From positions 49,786,001-49,850,000 of the forward strand of contig OZ024751.1 in the NCBI GenBank assembly GCA_964016885.1: a DNA stretch of 64,000 bases, read 5' to 3'. Source of the DNA: Eledone cirrhosa. Taxonomy: Eukaryota. The notes beneath the pieces were generated by a model. The model worked only from the letters and a program-made list of their open reading frames with translations. It was not told the origin of the DNA and ran no database searches. Each line of letters opens with the position of its first letter. Position 1 is the first letter of the stretch. Positions 47,313-62,928 of the stretch are shown here, piece after piece. The position numbers and the translations under genes are program-made.

Positions 47313-49149
47313 ATGTGTGCGCGAGCGTGTTTGGGTGTACGTATTTATGCCCCAAACCCTTATATTATGTTGCCTACGTGTAGTAAACCTCGTTAAGAAC
47401 CATACCGTAATATTACAGTCATTTAACATCCAAATTAAGAAGAAGCATTCGCCATTTTGGCTGTCTCTGGAGATTCCTTTTTAGATACAAACGTTTGTAT
47501 ATTCAACCATCTCGTTAATACTCAAAAGAATAGATTATTCACATTTAGTTTGTGTTTGTTCTATTGAGTGTATTATCGCACCACATAATTACTTGTGTGG
47601 CAATTTCATAGTTCCTCGAAAGTTTTAAAAGTCCAGTAATTTAAAAATAAATTAATTCAGTAGACTTGTTATCAAATAGTGTCACGCAAACTAAACATAA
47701 TGAAAAAGTGAGATAAAAATTGTCGTGGAGAAATCATTATTTCTTGCGTTCTTAACTTCAAAAGCCACAATGAAAAAAAATCTGATAATATTATAGTTGC
47801 CATGCAAAGTTCAAATGAGTGTAACGATTGTAAACTAACACGTTGGTTGAGGAAAAACATGGTAAATGTGGAGTAAATCTCATGTATTTGACTACATATC
47901 TGCCGAATGAAAACATAAATACGTAACAAGGGTAAAATTGCCAACGAAAATGGTATGAAATATAGTTGTTAGGGGTACATGTTTGAAGTCAAGAATATTG
48001 AAGTTTAAGTCATTGATTTTTTATCATTCTGATTCCCCAAGAAAAATGAAATACTGACAACAAGATTTAAAAATAAATGTTTAGTGAATGTTTCATTGAG
48101 ATAATCTCCCATATTGTTGAAGGTTAATGTGAAACAATTAAGTTCGAGTCGAGGGTATTTCTACTTTCCTATTATAGTCTAGATTATCCTTCAAATATCA
48201 TTTCCCTAAAAAGCTGCGTATCTGCTGAAGTCTTTTGCATACCTCGATACATGACTTTCCTATAACAACTTATAGATGATAAAGTTAGTATCCGTTATCA
48301 TATTATTTCGAATACCTTATAGCTGGATTGTTTCAACGTCTGATGATAAGCATCAGTAGGCTGAAAATTTCTAGAAACATTACAACATAATTAAAAACGC
48401 ATGGGAACAATATATAAATGCTTTGCACATTAGAGTTTGGAAAAAATGTGCCCAAAGTTAGTAGGAAAGACCATTGTATATAGGATGAAACAGTTTTAAT
48501 CTGCAGTAATATTGTGTAAATTGCACTGTGAATGAGATTTGCAGAGGTTTAAAATGTGATACTCAGAATTCCTTGAAGACTGCTATGGACTACAAAGACT
48601 GAGGTAATGTGTCCGCCACAGCCGGCATCAACAAAGGCTAAAATGACTTTTGCTTTACAATGACTGTCAGTAAAGGATCCAAAGTTAAATCCAATATAAT
48701 GGAAGCTCTAAATTGTTATAGGAAATTGTTAGAGGTACGGAAGAAGACTACAAGTTAGTCACAAGTTGTTGCTGAGTTTCTTATATAAAATTGAACTAGT
48801 TAAATCATATTGATTTTTTATTATTTTGCATTTATTACATTTTACATGAACTAGAGAGTTGCTATATTTTTTGTAGTGAATTACATTCAATTTTCTGCAG
48901 AGGATTTTCTCTATATAAAATGTGGATATTTCTTTATTTGAACTATACGATGTATAATATTGTTCACTCGATTTTTTAACATACGTAACAGCACTGTATA
49001 TCCAGTAAATTTTAAATACGTTTGATATGTATTCCAATAATTAAAAAAAATTATCTGCATAAAAACTAAGTTTTATCTTCTTTGGGAAGGAGGTTTCTGA
49101 TAACGAAAAGAATTAAAATGGAACATTAAATATGTTAATCGAGGTTATA

Positions 49150-49199
<50 letters not shown>

Positions 49200-49253
49200 T
49201 ATACATAGATAAATAAATAAATATATATATATACACTTATATACATATATATG

Positions 49254-49290
<37 letters not shown>

Positions 49291-49813
49291 GTATATATAA
49301 GCGTGAGTGTGTATGTGTGTGTGTACATGCACACACACACACATGTGTCTATAAGTAAATAAATGTATATACATATATATTCATATATATATATATATGA
49401 GTGTGTATGTGTATATGTGGTGTATATGTGGTGTATATGTGTGTATGTGTGTTCATATTTGCGTAATGGAATATGTATGCATATTTTATTGCAATAATAT
49501 TCAAAATAACAGAAGGCCCATTTAGATTTCAAATTGTTTCTATCAAACAAAAATCAACTTCTTTTTAATCTTTTTCTTATTTCCATTCGCAATTGCTTTT
49601 GAGCTCTTCGATAATCAAGGAAAGATAATCATGAAGAAATATATTCCTTTTAGTGCTGTCACTTTATTATTTTCTGAGTTTTCTGCTCAATTTGCATATT
49701 CTAAATGCTTTATCTAATTTAATGACTCACTATAGAATATCGAGATATAGTATACATAATATATTCTATACATATTACATGTCATATATAATACATTTAG
49801 TATATAATACAGG

Positions 49814-49877
<64 letters not shown>

Positions 49878-50537
49878 AGGAGGTGAGTTTTATTGTAGTA
49901 CAATAAAGCAATGCAGATATCGGATAAGAAGCACTCTACAGTTTGTAGGACTGGAGTATACATAATATATAAGATCAAAAGATGGTTAAATGTGTTCCAT
50001 GTATTTTATTATGCGCATTTAAAAAACAAATATCATCATGCAATAACATTTGTGTTTTCATCAGATAAAATGGGAAGACATGATATGAAGGTTAAAAACA
50101 CTTGTGGATAGTGCAGCTTTAAATCAACATATGAAAAGTAGTTTTAGATTGATGTGTGATATTGGGTAAAAAAAAAAAAATTGAGGGGGGGGGGGGGGGG
50201 GATGAAAAAGAGGACGGCTAATTCTGGACGAATTAGAATTAGCCGTCGAAACGGCTTGAGCTCAGCCGTCGGGGTCCTACTCGTTCCTATTACCCACTCT
50301 ACTACCCTAAGTATTGAGTACTTTGGTATGTTATGGTCCATCTGGTTCCTCACCACATTTCCTTCGTTATATATATATATACATATATACAATATATATA
50401 TATATATACATATATATACATATAATATATATATATACATACATACATATACATATATATATACATAATATATACATATATATATATATACATACATGCT
50501 ATATATATATACATATATATATACATATATATATATA

Positions 50538-51260
50538 TAAGGATTAGAATACTGGAGCGTGTTAGAGTTAAACACCCTCTTCGTATTATAGAAATGACAG
50601 TAAAAGGTATAGCTCAATGCAGTTAAACAGAGCCAAAAAATTAAGAGAGTAAAACAAAGAATCCTTTAATACATCAAAAGTTTTTATTAGCCGACAATGT
50701 TTCGTCCTATTAAGGACTCATCAGGGCAATCAAAACAACAAGAAGTAATATCGGCAGATACAAGCCGGAAACTCTGAAGAATATGGCGTGTACATACACT
50801 AAAGTCTTACAAAAATATATGATAATAAAAATAAAAATAAAAATAAAAATAATAAAAATATATAATAAGAATAACTAAGGATGTAGATAACATTAAGAAC
50901 CATATTACAAATATAGTCCAAAGCAACTAACCTAAATCTAAACAAATTTGGTTATATAGAGCAGGAATTATATATAACACAATGCAATATAACATAATTG
51001 TTTCTACTTTTGGCACAAGGCCAGCAATTATCCAGTACATTACTGGTACTTTATTTTATCGACCCCATAAGGATGAAAGGCAAAGTTAACCTCGGCGGGA
51101 TTTGAACTCAGAATGGCAAGGGCCGTAACTCTATGCGCCAAAGCATGGCGTCCAACCCTCTACCGATACTGCCAATTCACCGCCCCAATGCAATATAACA
51201 TAATACATTATAATAATATACCTTTACCAACATTAAAATTACAATTAAAAATCAAAAGGT
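50538..51260 (-). mobile_element. Non-inverted copy of the 39382 family with HHR at 50690-50727, interrupted by a SINE (50995-51186)
   Basis: 50641-50985 matches 39382-39715; gcc CTGATGA gtcct-taat-aggac GAAAC att GTC ggc. Confidence 0.85.
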
Positions 51261-51589
51261 ACAATATACAATATATATATATATACATACATTACATATA
51301 TATATACATATATACATTATATATATATACATACAATATATATATACATACATACAATACATATATATATACATACATACAATATATATATATACATACA
51401 TACAGTATATATATACATACATAAAAAAATGTATATATATATATTGTATATATATATATATTGTATATATATATAAAAATCTCTCTCTATATATATATAT
51501 TGTATGTATATATATATATTGTATGTATGTATATATATATATTGTATGTATATATATATATATATGTATGTATATATATATGTATGTGT

Positions 51590-52200
51590 CAGGTCACCAG
51601 TTGGTGCTATTGGTAACATGTATCCCAGTACAACCTGTCTCATGGTCGGGTCGTTGGCGACTAAACTGGCAACCCCACCAAGGTTTCTTGGTGAGGAGGG
51701 TGGCTTTGGACATCCTGCAGGACTAAAAACAAAACCTGTCAAAAGGCAAAGGGGCTCTTAAGAGTCAATAGCCATCCAAAATCACCGGGAGAGATGACCC
51801 CTTAGCCTTTGTCAAGGCAGAATTCTAGGAGAAGGAAAACTCTGATATAACACATGCAACCCTGATGGTATCCAATGATGTTGACTTGTTCTTCTTTTTG
51901 GTAAATATCATCTTGGTTAAGAGAGTGGGACTGGCTTTGTGCAGTGCCTTTGCTCACTATAAAAGCTTCACAGCACAGGCATTGCTTTATATCTGGAGAT
52001 CTCTCTGCACTTGTCGTCACATGGTACCATGGGCCCAGCACTATGTGTCAATAATTGTCACAAGTGTAGTGTTTGTACCAGAGTTTTCAAGTCGCTGGCT
52101 GGACTAAAAAGTCACACTCGTTCAGCGCATTGGTAGGGGTTCTCCTACATGGATATAAAGTAGTGGCCGTACTCGAAAACGAGTTGGCAGCCACCATGTA
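51590..52200 (+). mobile_element. Internally deleted RTE-derived non-autonomous element (about 610 bp)
   Basis: Ends with C2H2 remnant CSVCTRVFKSLAGLKSH and a ctcg-aaaa-cgag hairpin; inverted copy 55403-56010. Confidence 0.75.
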
Positions 52201-52303
52201 TATATATATAGGTTTCTTAGTGAGGAAGGTGACTTTGGATATACATACATACATACATACATACATACATACATACATACATACATACATACATACATAC
52301 ATA

Positions 52304-53820
52304 CATAATGATGGCTGCCCCCTCGTTATCGAGTATGGCCATTGCACGAGAAGAAAAAAAAAAAATAATAATAATAATAATAATAAATAAATAAAAAGAA
52401 AAAAAAAGAAATATATATATATATATACATATACATACACATATACACACACACACTCACACACACATATACACACACACATACATTAATAACAATAATA
52501 ATAATAATAATAATAATAACAACAATAATAATAACGACAACAACAATAATAATATACATATACATATATACACACACACGCACACACATAAGCATATCTA
52601 CACACACACACACGATAGCAACTAACAGCTCTGCGATCGAATGTGGCTTTTTAGCCCAGCCAATGATCTAAAATGTCTTGCACAGAGTCGGCAACCAAAA
52701 CATTCACTGGGAATAGTCGGCTGTGGTTGGAGTTCGTGTACTTTTGCATGTCGCTTGAGCCCTCCTGCTGATTTACATTCTCTACCACATGTTTGGCAAG
52801 CATGATGAGTATCATCTCCAACAGCAGCCTGGTAGTCAACCACTGGTTTTACTTATGACTGCGAAGATGACTTTCGAGTCCAGCTTTGCTTAGGCAGAGT
52901 CTCGCACATACGCTGCATGTCAGCACCATAGGAGGACCCTCGCCGTCTGGAAGTGCAACAGCAATGCCCTTCCTCACATCCCGCTTTACTTTCTCGTATG
53001 TGATTCGAGATGCCTCAAAGGCAACTTTTCTCTCATATACAGTCTTTCTCCATTTATTACGATCAGCAGCAATATTCTCCCATGTATCAGCAGAGATGTT
53101 AGCGTCTTTCAGAGGGGCTTTCAAGGAATCCTTATACCTCTTTTTTGGTTTATGTGGCGGTCGTTTTCCTTTAACCAACTCTCCATAAAAGAGTTGTTTT
53201 GGTATTCTAGAATCTTTCATCCTGGCAAGGTGACCACTCCAACGGAGTCGTTGCTTAAGCACAAGAGCTTCTATACTGTCACACATAGAGCTTTCCAAAA
53301 TCTCGACATCACTGATGTGGTCCCTCCAGTGAACGCCATGGATGCGTCTGAGACACATCTGATGCAAACGCTCCAATTGCTTAAGGTGGTGTCGATATGT
53401 GACCCAGGTCTAGCAGGCATAAAGAAGACAAGAGAGCACACATGCCCTGTACAGATTTACCTTTGTCCTCCTGCATATGTCTCGCCGACCCCAGAGTCGC
53501 CTTTCTAGCTTTCCGAATGCATCACTTGCTTTCCTAATCCTAAGTGAGATTTCACTGTCAAGGTTGCTGTATCGATTGACAGTGCTTCCCAGGTAGACAA
53601 ACTGATCAGCCACTCCAAGTCGTTTGCCATACACATAGATGTTTGGTTCAGTGTACTGCTTACCAGGGGCAGGTTGGTACATGACGACGGTTTTCTTGAG
53701 ACTGACAGTCAGACCTAGGGCAGTGCAAGCGTCAGAAAATGCATTCAAAATGTGCTGCATATCACTCTCTGTGTGCGCTACAAGATCGCAATCATCTGCA
53801 TACAAGAGGTCTCTTATGAT
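52304..53820 (-). mobile_element. 5'-truncated RTE-clade LINE (RT end + C2H2 zinc fingers), frameshifted
   Basis: LLYADD, GL.VS..KT.VM, FVYLGS, RLRWSGH.ARM...RIPKQLFYGEL, three C2H2 motifs; 3' end 52304-52350 with (TATG)n tail; same 3' end at 35775-35815. Confidence 0.92.
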
Positions 53821-53909
53821 ACATACATACATACATACATACATACATACATACATACATACATACATACATACATACATACATACATACATACATACAT
53901 ACATACATA

Positions 53910-55351
53910 GACGATAGACGATAGACGAAATCCGAGCAGTTGATGTTGGAACTCGAAAAATACTGAACAACACCGGAAACTTCCACATCAACAGTGACAT
54001 AGACCGCCTTTACTTGAAACGTAGGCAGGGAGGCAGAGGCCTAACATCAATCCAGACAACATTTGAATGTCGCATCATATCTCTTCGACAACATCTACGA
54101 ACCTCGAAGCGTAGGAGCCCGCTTCTCGAGCAAGTCTATCTGCATGAAACAGATAAGATCATGAGAGTTGGGAAGGAACTCCTTGAGAGATATTCACTGT
54201 GTGATAATCAAAGTCTCACACCCAGGGATGTCGCTCAGCAGTATCGCAGTGAATCCATGGATGAAAAACTGCATGCCTATCAGCAAAAAATCATGCATGG
54301 ATATGTTGCCAGGAAGCTCCAGAGTGAGAGTAATATAGATAAGGAAAGTAGTCTATCGTGGACCAACAACCGCTATATTGGCTCCCACTTTGAAAGATAC
54401 GCTTTTGCAATCCAAGAACAGGAGATTAGCACGAAATACCTGATTCACAAAAGAGATAGGGATGCAGGCAAAACACCTAGATGTGATAACAAGTGCAGAC
54501 TCTGCAGAACTAACATCGAGGATATCACCCATGTCATCAGCAGCTGCCCAAAGATGTCATCGCGGTACTATCTACCTATGAAGCATGATGTAGTGGCCAA
54601 AACTCTGTACAATGCAGTTCGTAAAAAAGATAGCCCCGATGATAAATACATTAAAAGCTACAACAATGTGGAAGACATCCATGTACATAATATGAAAGAG
54701 TACTGGTGGAATGTTCCAGTAAAAACCCCAATAAAATGCAGGCATAACAGACCAGATATTATGATATGGGACAGGGAGAAGAAAACATGCACAGTAGTGG
54801 AAATTAGCTGCCCAGCAGATACCAATATAATATCAAATATTATTGAAAAGGAGAATAATTATGCAGAACTGATGAGAAATCTGCAGATACTCCACCCTGA
54901 TTACACCTTCAGATTTATGCCTGTGATTATTGGGGCACTGGGATATGTTAGTAACTGCCTCAATACAAATCTTGAGAAGCTAGGCTTCACAGGAACAGAA
55001 AGAACACAACTCGTTAGGAAATTACAAGTACAATCCATTAATGGAACAGTAAAAATATGTAAAACATTCCAAAAATGTTGTATCTAATAACTGCATATAC
55101 ACATGCACACATACAACTCAAAACAGACACATCCACACATACAAAGCATATACACATGCACACATACAACTCAAAACATACACATCCACACATACAATAA
55201 CATCCATATCTACACATGCATGCATGCAGACATACATACATATCTACCTAGTTGATGTTGTGTAAATTCCAATGAGAGAGTCTTGTGTCTATGTTAGAAA
55301 CCGACTCTCTCTCTATTGGTAAAACTTTGTGAAATTATAAAACCAGAAGAA
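53910..55351 (+). mobile_element. 5'-truncated R4/Dong-like non-LTR retrotransposon; ORF about 53915-55087 with zinc knuckle and PD-(D/E)xK endonuclease
   Basis: [18 protein letters not shown]...HVISSC, KHD, RPDI..VVEISCP..EK...Y; flanked by (CATA)n. Confidence 0.93.
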
Positions 55352-55402
55352 CATACATACATACATACATACATACATACATACATACATACATACATAC
55401 AT

Positions 55403-56010
55403 ACATGGTGGCTGCCAACTCGTTTTCGAGTACGGTCACTACTTTATATCCATGTAGGAGAACGCCTACCGATGCGCTGACGAGTGTGACTTTTTAGTCC
55501 AGCCAGCGACTTGAAAATCTGGTACAAACACTACACTTGTGACAATTATTGACACATATTGCTGGGTCCATGGTACCATGTGACGACAAGTGCAGAGAGA
55601 TCTCCAGATATAAAGCAATGCCTGTGCCATGAAGCTTTTATAGTGAGCAAAGGCACTGCACAAAGCCAGTCCCACTCTCTTAACCAAGATGATATTTACC
55701 AAAAAGAAGAACAAGTCAACATCATTGGATACCATCAGGTTTGCAGGTGTTATATCAGAGTTTTCCTTCTCCTAGAATTCTGCCTTGACAAAGGCCAAGG
55801 GGTCATCTCTCCCGGTGATTTTGGATGGCCATTGACTCTTAAGAGCTCCTTTGCCCTTTGACAGGTTTTGTTTTTAGTCCTGCAGGATGTCCAAAGCCAC
55901 CCTCCTCACCAAGAAGCCTTGGTGGGGTTGCCAGTTTAGTCGCCAACGACCCGACCATGGGACAGGTTGTACTGGAATACATGTTACCAGTAGCACCAAG
56001 TGGTGACCAT
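55403..56010 (-). mobile_element. Second copy of the RTE-derived non-autonomous element
   Basis: Reverse complement of 51590-52200. Confidence 0.8.
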
Positions 56011-56093
56011 ATATACATACATACATACATACATACATACATACATACATACATACATACATACATACATACATACATACATAAATACATACA

Positions 56094-56124
<31 letters not shown>

Positions 56125-56283
56125 GTGTATATATATATGACATGATCTTGTTCATAGCATCCAACTGTATTTGAAACATATAAAAATCTGAGCCACATGT
56201 TTTGCAAATAACTGAATGAAATTCCCAACATCAAATAGAACCGAGTTTTAAATCGGCATAGTCACACATTTCTCAATCTCTCG

Positions 56284-56325
56284 TAACTTTTGAATATCAA
56301 GAAAGTTGTGAAACCGGTAAAGTTA
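56284..56325 (+). ncRNA. Hammerhead-like fold with variant core
   Basis: taactt TTGAATA t-caa-gaaag-ttg-t GAAAC cg GTA aagtta. Confidence 0.5.
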
Positions 56326-56342
56326 TAAACTATTGCATTATC

Positions 56343-56397
<55 letters not shown>

Positions 56398-56409
56398 CAC
56401 ATATATATA

Positions 56410-57003
<594 letters not shown>

Positions 57004-57087
57004 ATTATATATATCCATATATCTACCGTAGGTTCAGGTTCAAGCTATGGCCATCTCATCAGATTGTATATATATATATATATATTT

Positions 57088-57470
57088 TGATTATATGTTG
57101 GTTGCTTACCGACGCCTCAGTATGCAGATTGGAGCACTCGACGAAGTACGCAGGTTGGTTTGTTTACTCCGGAGTAATGTAAAATAATTAAGTCAAATAT
57201 ATAAAATTTGGCTTCGTTTATTACAAATTATAGATATACTGCTATATATATTTCGGTGACAGCCATCATTGCCTGTGACTTCTTCAGGCAGACCGAATTG
57301 GTGTGGGAAAGACAGGTACACATGTTGTTGAAGTGGGTTTTACTCCGTCAATCCATCGATATGTCCGGCTCCTGGTAGTGTTGTTATTTCTCTTAGGAAT
57401 TGGAATCTATATATAATATATATATTCTACTTACACAGGTATGCACCTGCTTAAATAGAAGTGTCTATTT
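57088..57470 (-). mobile_element. HHR-bearing Penelope-like 3' region (HHR 57239-57291); further copy 58683-58910 (HHR 58688-58740)
   Basis: ctgc CTGAAGA agtcacag..ctgtcacc GAAA tatat ATA gcag. Confidence 0.8.
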
Positions 57471-57586
57471 ACCGAACCTCATATCTTCCCCTTTCTTCCT
57501 TACTCTCTCTATCCCCCTCTCTCTCCTTGTCTCTGACTCTCCCTCTCTCTTTCTTTCTTTCTTTACACACATATATATGTATATGA

Positions 57587-57679
<93 letters not shown>

Positions 57680-58397
57680 TATTTATATGTTGAACAAAAA
57701 CGCAACAAACATACACATAGAAGTACGGGAGCACACATCTACACAACACAAACAAACACGCCTGGATTATTAGCTGTTTTGTGACATGGATTACAGTACA
57801 GTGACGATTTAACAATGCGATGACAATTATTGTTGTTGAATACATAAAAAATGCGATGTTTAATTCTCCATTAAATTGTCATTAGAATATCTAAATAGAA
57901 ATATTTCCATTAAAACATCTCGTTTTGTCATAGCAAAGCGAAGATAAAAGACATTATGTCCTTATTTCTATTTTTATTGTATAAAAAATTCAAAAGTTTG
58001 TAAAAATGACGTAGCAATTATATTGATATGATTTTTTTTTTAGTTTTTGTTTTATCATTCATATTCTAAACAATTTATAAATTCTTTCTAAATTGCTTCT
58101 AAATTCCTCATAACATCTCGTTAAGGGAGCATTAGGGAATAAGAAAATTACGGTTTATGAAAAGGACACAAAACAAACTAGAAATGAATTTACGTAAACG
58201 ATATGAAATTTACTGGATACGTCAAATATGTATGTACATATAAGGAAAGAAATATATATAAATATATATATGTGTGTGTGTGTGTGCTTGCGTCAGTGTC
58301 CCCATGAATCCAAGCCAGGATTCCTTTCAGTATAATCCAGTATCTAAAGGACACGATACACACAGAAATATATATATATATATATATATATACACAA

Positions 58398-58509
<112 letters not shown>

Positions 58510-58638
58510 TTATGACTCTAAGGTGTAACCTATCGATTTATCGATACATTCTTATTGAGTAGTTTGTGCAAATACGAATTTTTTTTTTCTATCGCGGAGT
58601 TTGCCCGACCGTCACAACTTCGATTTTACTAAACTTAC

Positions 58639-58687
<49 letters not shown>

Positions 58688-59210
58688 CTGCTATATATAT
58701 TTCGGTGACAGCCATCATTGCCTGTGACTTCTTCAGGCAGACCGAATTGGTGTGGGAAAGACAGGTATACATGTTGTTGAAGTGTGTTTTACTCCGCCAA
58801 TCCATCGATATGCCCGGCTCCTGGTAGTGTTGTTATTTCTCTTAAGAATTGGAATCTATATATAATATATATATTCTACTTACACAGATATGCACCTGCT
58901 TAAATAGATATATTTTTAACTTTAATTATATCTCATAAAATAATACAACTGGCTTTCCACAAAATACATATAGTTAGCACCCCAAACACTTAAATTGGGT
59001 TTATACTAACATATGACCTAATGTTTGTTGAGTGAGATGGTTACCAGTCGGAGTTTAGCTTTAAGCTATCTCTGTTATTGTATTAATTATAAATATATAT
59101 ATATATATGTAGATAAATCTACCAAGAGTTTACGGTAGTGTCCAATTTGAACTCCGTTCCCAAACGGACCTGAAATTTTGAATTGTTGTTATTATCAATA
59201 AATATATTTC

Positions 59211-59359
59211 ATTATTTCTGAAGACGGCATATATGTGTGTTTGGTATGTATATTTAATCTTGATAGTTTGTATAATTTTGTATAATTTTGTACATAGATC
59301 TGTTGAATATGCATGCCAATTCTAACACATATATATCCTAGAAACGATCGTTAAATAAT
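59211..59359 (+). ncRNA. Type I hammerhead with about 115-nt extended stem II
   Basis: attattt CTGAAGA ..atatatgtgtgtttgg...ctaacacatatat.. GAAAC gatc GTT aaataat; 7-bp stem I. Confidence 0.75.
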
Positions 59360-59416
59360 GAACTTTTTTTGTTTAATATAAGGAACTGTTTCATTGTTTT
59401 ATTCATTATTTGTTTA

Positions 59417-59450
<34 letters not shown>

Positions 59451-59453
<3 letters not shown>

Positions 59454-59990
59454 GTGGAAAAGTAAGAAATCGGAGAACAGACCGTTAAAACATGTTTATT
59501 TAAAACAGCACCTACGTACGTTTCGCCCAGTTGGGGGCATAAATAACCAGAAGTGTTCCTTACATTGCTCGGAAGGTGTTTTGGGGGTTAGGTTCACCTC
59601 ATGATTCATTCTTCACAAAAAAGCCTCCCTTGACCTACTGCAAAATCAAAACACGGTTTTTTTGCGAAGAATGAATCATGAGGTGAACCTAACCCCCAAA
59701 ACACCTTCCGAGCAATGTAAGGAACACTTCTGGTTATTTATGCCCCCAACTGGGCGAAACGTACGTAGGTGCTGTTTTAAATAAACATGTTTTAACGGTC
59801 TGTTCTCCGATTTCTTACTTTGCCACGTGCTTACGCTCTGCTAACTCTCTCGCCCACTAAATATTAACACTTCTAATATTTCACACTGCCGGCACTAGTA
59901 TTGAGCACCTTTGGCATACGCTACTTGGCAAATAACTACATGTATCACCTATCCCTCCTTTTTTTCTCTCTCTCGATACGTAAATACTTT
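59451..59990 (+). mobile_element. Palindromic insertion (about 175-bp arms + tail) with HHR-like variant at 59725-59771
   Basis: 59452-59625 inverted at 59655-59828; gccc-ccaact-gggc GAAAC gtac GTA. Confidence 0.8.
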
Positions 59991-60110
59991 ATATATATAT
60001 ATACCTATGTATATATATATATACTTGACACACATCGCTGCTGGCCATTGTCGCAGCATCGAACACCTTACTACTACTACTACACACACAGACACACACA
60101 CACACACACA

Positions 60111-60183
<73 letters not shown>

Positions 60184-60221
60184 ACACACACACATATTTG
60201 TTGTGAAAGAGTCATTTCTCA

Positions 60222-60450
60222 ATCTTGGCGCAAAACCAATTTTTTATCCACATGACCTCTACCGACCAATCAAAATTGTTTTGACCAAGAATTTTTGCTG
60301 GAGCCACTTTTTTAACATGAAAACAGTCTTGGCGCAAAATCAACTTTTTACATTCACATGACCTCTACCGACCAATCAAAATTGTTTTGACCACAAGCAT
60401 TTTTGCAACACAAAAATAACGCTGGAGCCACTTTTTTAACATAAAAACAG
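60222..60450. repeat. Imperfect tandem duplication of about 105-120 bp
   Basis: tcttggcgcaaaa..cacatgacctctaccgaccaatcaaaattgttttgacc..gctggagccacttttttaacat occurs twice. Confidence 0.8.
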
Positions 60451-60666
60451 GTAGAATTCCCAAAACTAATCAGATCAGAGCAAACAGCACGGACACTCTA
60501 TCTCAAAATTATTTTTGAAAAGCATTTAGAAATGCGCAACCGGTAAAAACTTAAAAACTTAAAACCACAACTGAATACTAACCCATACAATCACTAATAC
60601 TCTTTTATTCCTAATTAAACCATTTTTCAACTGTGAACAATTTGTCAGCATTTTCTATTCCGTTTA

Positions 60667-60721
<55 letters not shown>

Positions 60722-61087
60722 GTTTACATATAGATAAATTTATATATGTTACAACCGGTCACTTTTTAGCTCTATGAAGAATTAATAAATTAAATACTCA
60801 GAGCAATATATTATTATAAATCATGTCTACAGAATTATTAGATAAACAAAATATATACTCCATTTCCTCTGCCAAACAGCACAATCAACCATATAAAAAA
60901 TCAAGCCATAAGGATGAAAGCTCCTATGAAGAAATCTCCGACAAATAAACGAGAGTGGCTTCTTCGCGTTATCCACAGCAGGTTATTTATCCAACATTTC
61001 GACAGCATGCATAAATCGACCAAGTACATAATTAACCATATGCCATTCGGTGTAAAATCAAACATAGAAGAACTGTGTACATACCAC

Positions 61088-61194
<107 letters not shown>

Positions 61195-61330
61195 GCAGAA
61201 GTTATATTTAATTTGTTGGGATTCAACATGCTTAAAAGTTTTATAACTGATATAAAGCACTCAACAAGTTACTGGAGTAAATATTCAATATATTAATAAA
61301 TGGAAACTATATTTATAAAACCATAATTAT

Positions 61331-61389
61331 TTTATTATATATATTTCAAGGGCAACCAAGGCAGTTTTGGTGCGCTTTCATCAGATAAA
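61331..61389 (-). ncRNA. Type I hammerhead ribozyme in element 61195-61457
   Basis: tttat CTGATGA aagcgcaccaa..ttggttgccctt GAAA tatat ATA ataaa. Confidence 0.82.
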
Positions 61390-61455
61390 ATACAAAATTT
61401 GTTTTATAAATGTTGACATACCCGTAGCAAACCAACCTTGACGGTTGGAGGTTCG

Positions 61456-61496
<41 letters not shown>

Positions 61497-61500
61497 TGGT

Positions 61501-61546
<46 letters not shown>

Positions 61547-61967
61547 TGATGCTTGGCTACATGAACTCCACTATGGAGATTGAACACCTGAGAAAATATG
61601 AGGGGGGTATTCCAAATCTGGACACTGACGATTTGTTACACAGAGTCACGTGACATGGTAGAAGGAATTGTGAGAGAATCATCGCCATTAACAGACACTT
61701 ATGTTTTTTTATTAGAAGAAATGAAATACAAAGCTGACCTCGGCAGAATTTGAACTTAGATCATAGAGAGCGAATTCTAAACCCTTTGCTAATCCACCGC
61801 CTATACATGAATACATATATATAAACATGAGGAATTATATAAAAGTATGTGTACCACATAGACCCATACTCATACTAGTAGTGACATACGTCAAATTATA
61901 TGTATGTATATGTATGCTTGTTTAATATACACACAGACACACACATATATATATATATATATGTCGT

Positions 61968-62026
<59 letters not shown>

Positions 62027-62376
62027 CTGTGTGTGTATATATATATATATGTGTGTGTATGTATATATATTAGTATATAAATATACACACACACTTAAAT
62101 GTGCAGTAAGCAGCATACACTAATATATTTCACATGCACCCAGGAATTCATTTGCGCATACACACGCACGTACACCTACTCACATTCTCTCACCCCCACC
62201 CCAGCCCCTACACACACATATATATATATGTATGTATTGCATATACGGATTCGTGAGTATGTATGCATATATATGCGTATGTGTATATATATATACATAT
62301 ATTTGAATGCACATATATATATATATATATAGATATGCACAGGTACATACATATATGTATACATACATGCATATAT

Positions 62377-62466
<90 letters not shown>

Positions 62467-62498
62467 TTATATATATATACATATATATGTTTAGATAC

Positions 62499-62529
<31 letters not shown>

Positions 62530-62598
62530 TATACATATATATACATATATATATATACACATATATATATACATATATATACATATATATATATACAT

Positions 62599-62636
<38 letters not shown>

Positions 62637-62698
62637 TATATATACATATATATATACATTATATATATATATATACACATATATATATACATTATATA

Positions 62699-62793
<95 letters not shown>

Positions 62794-62839
62794 GTACATA
62801 TATATATATATACATATATATACATATATATATATACAT

Positions 62840-62928
<89 letters not shown>

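Noticed and set aside
48337-48380. CTGATGA..GAAA on the plus strand
   Set aside because: Stems I and III cannot be formed
51592-51675. HDV-like ribozyme at the 5' end of the RTE-derived element (gg gtcg-ttgg-cgac taa actgg pairing with ccagt)
   Set aside because: P2/P4-like pairings are visible but I could not build P1 and P3; needs a covariance-model search
53820-54000. N-terminal half of the 196-aa minus ORF as an RT fusion
   Set aside because: Antisense of the R4-like element plus (TATG)n; only the part after [10 protein letters not shown] is RTE
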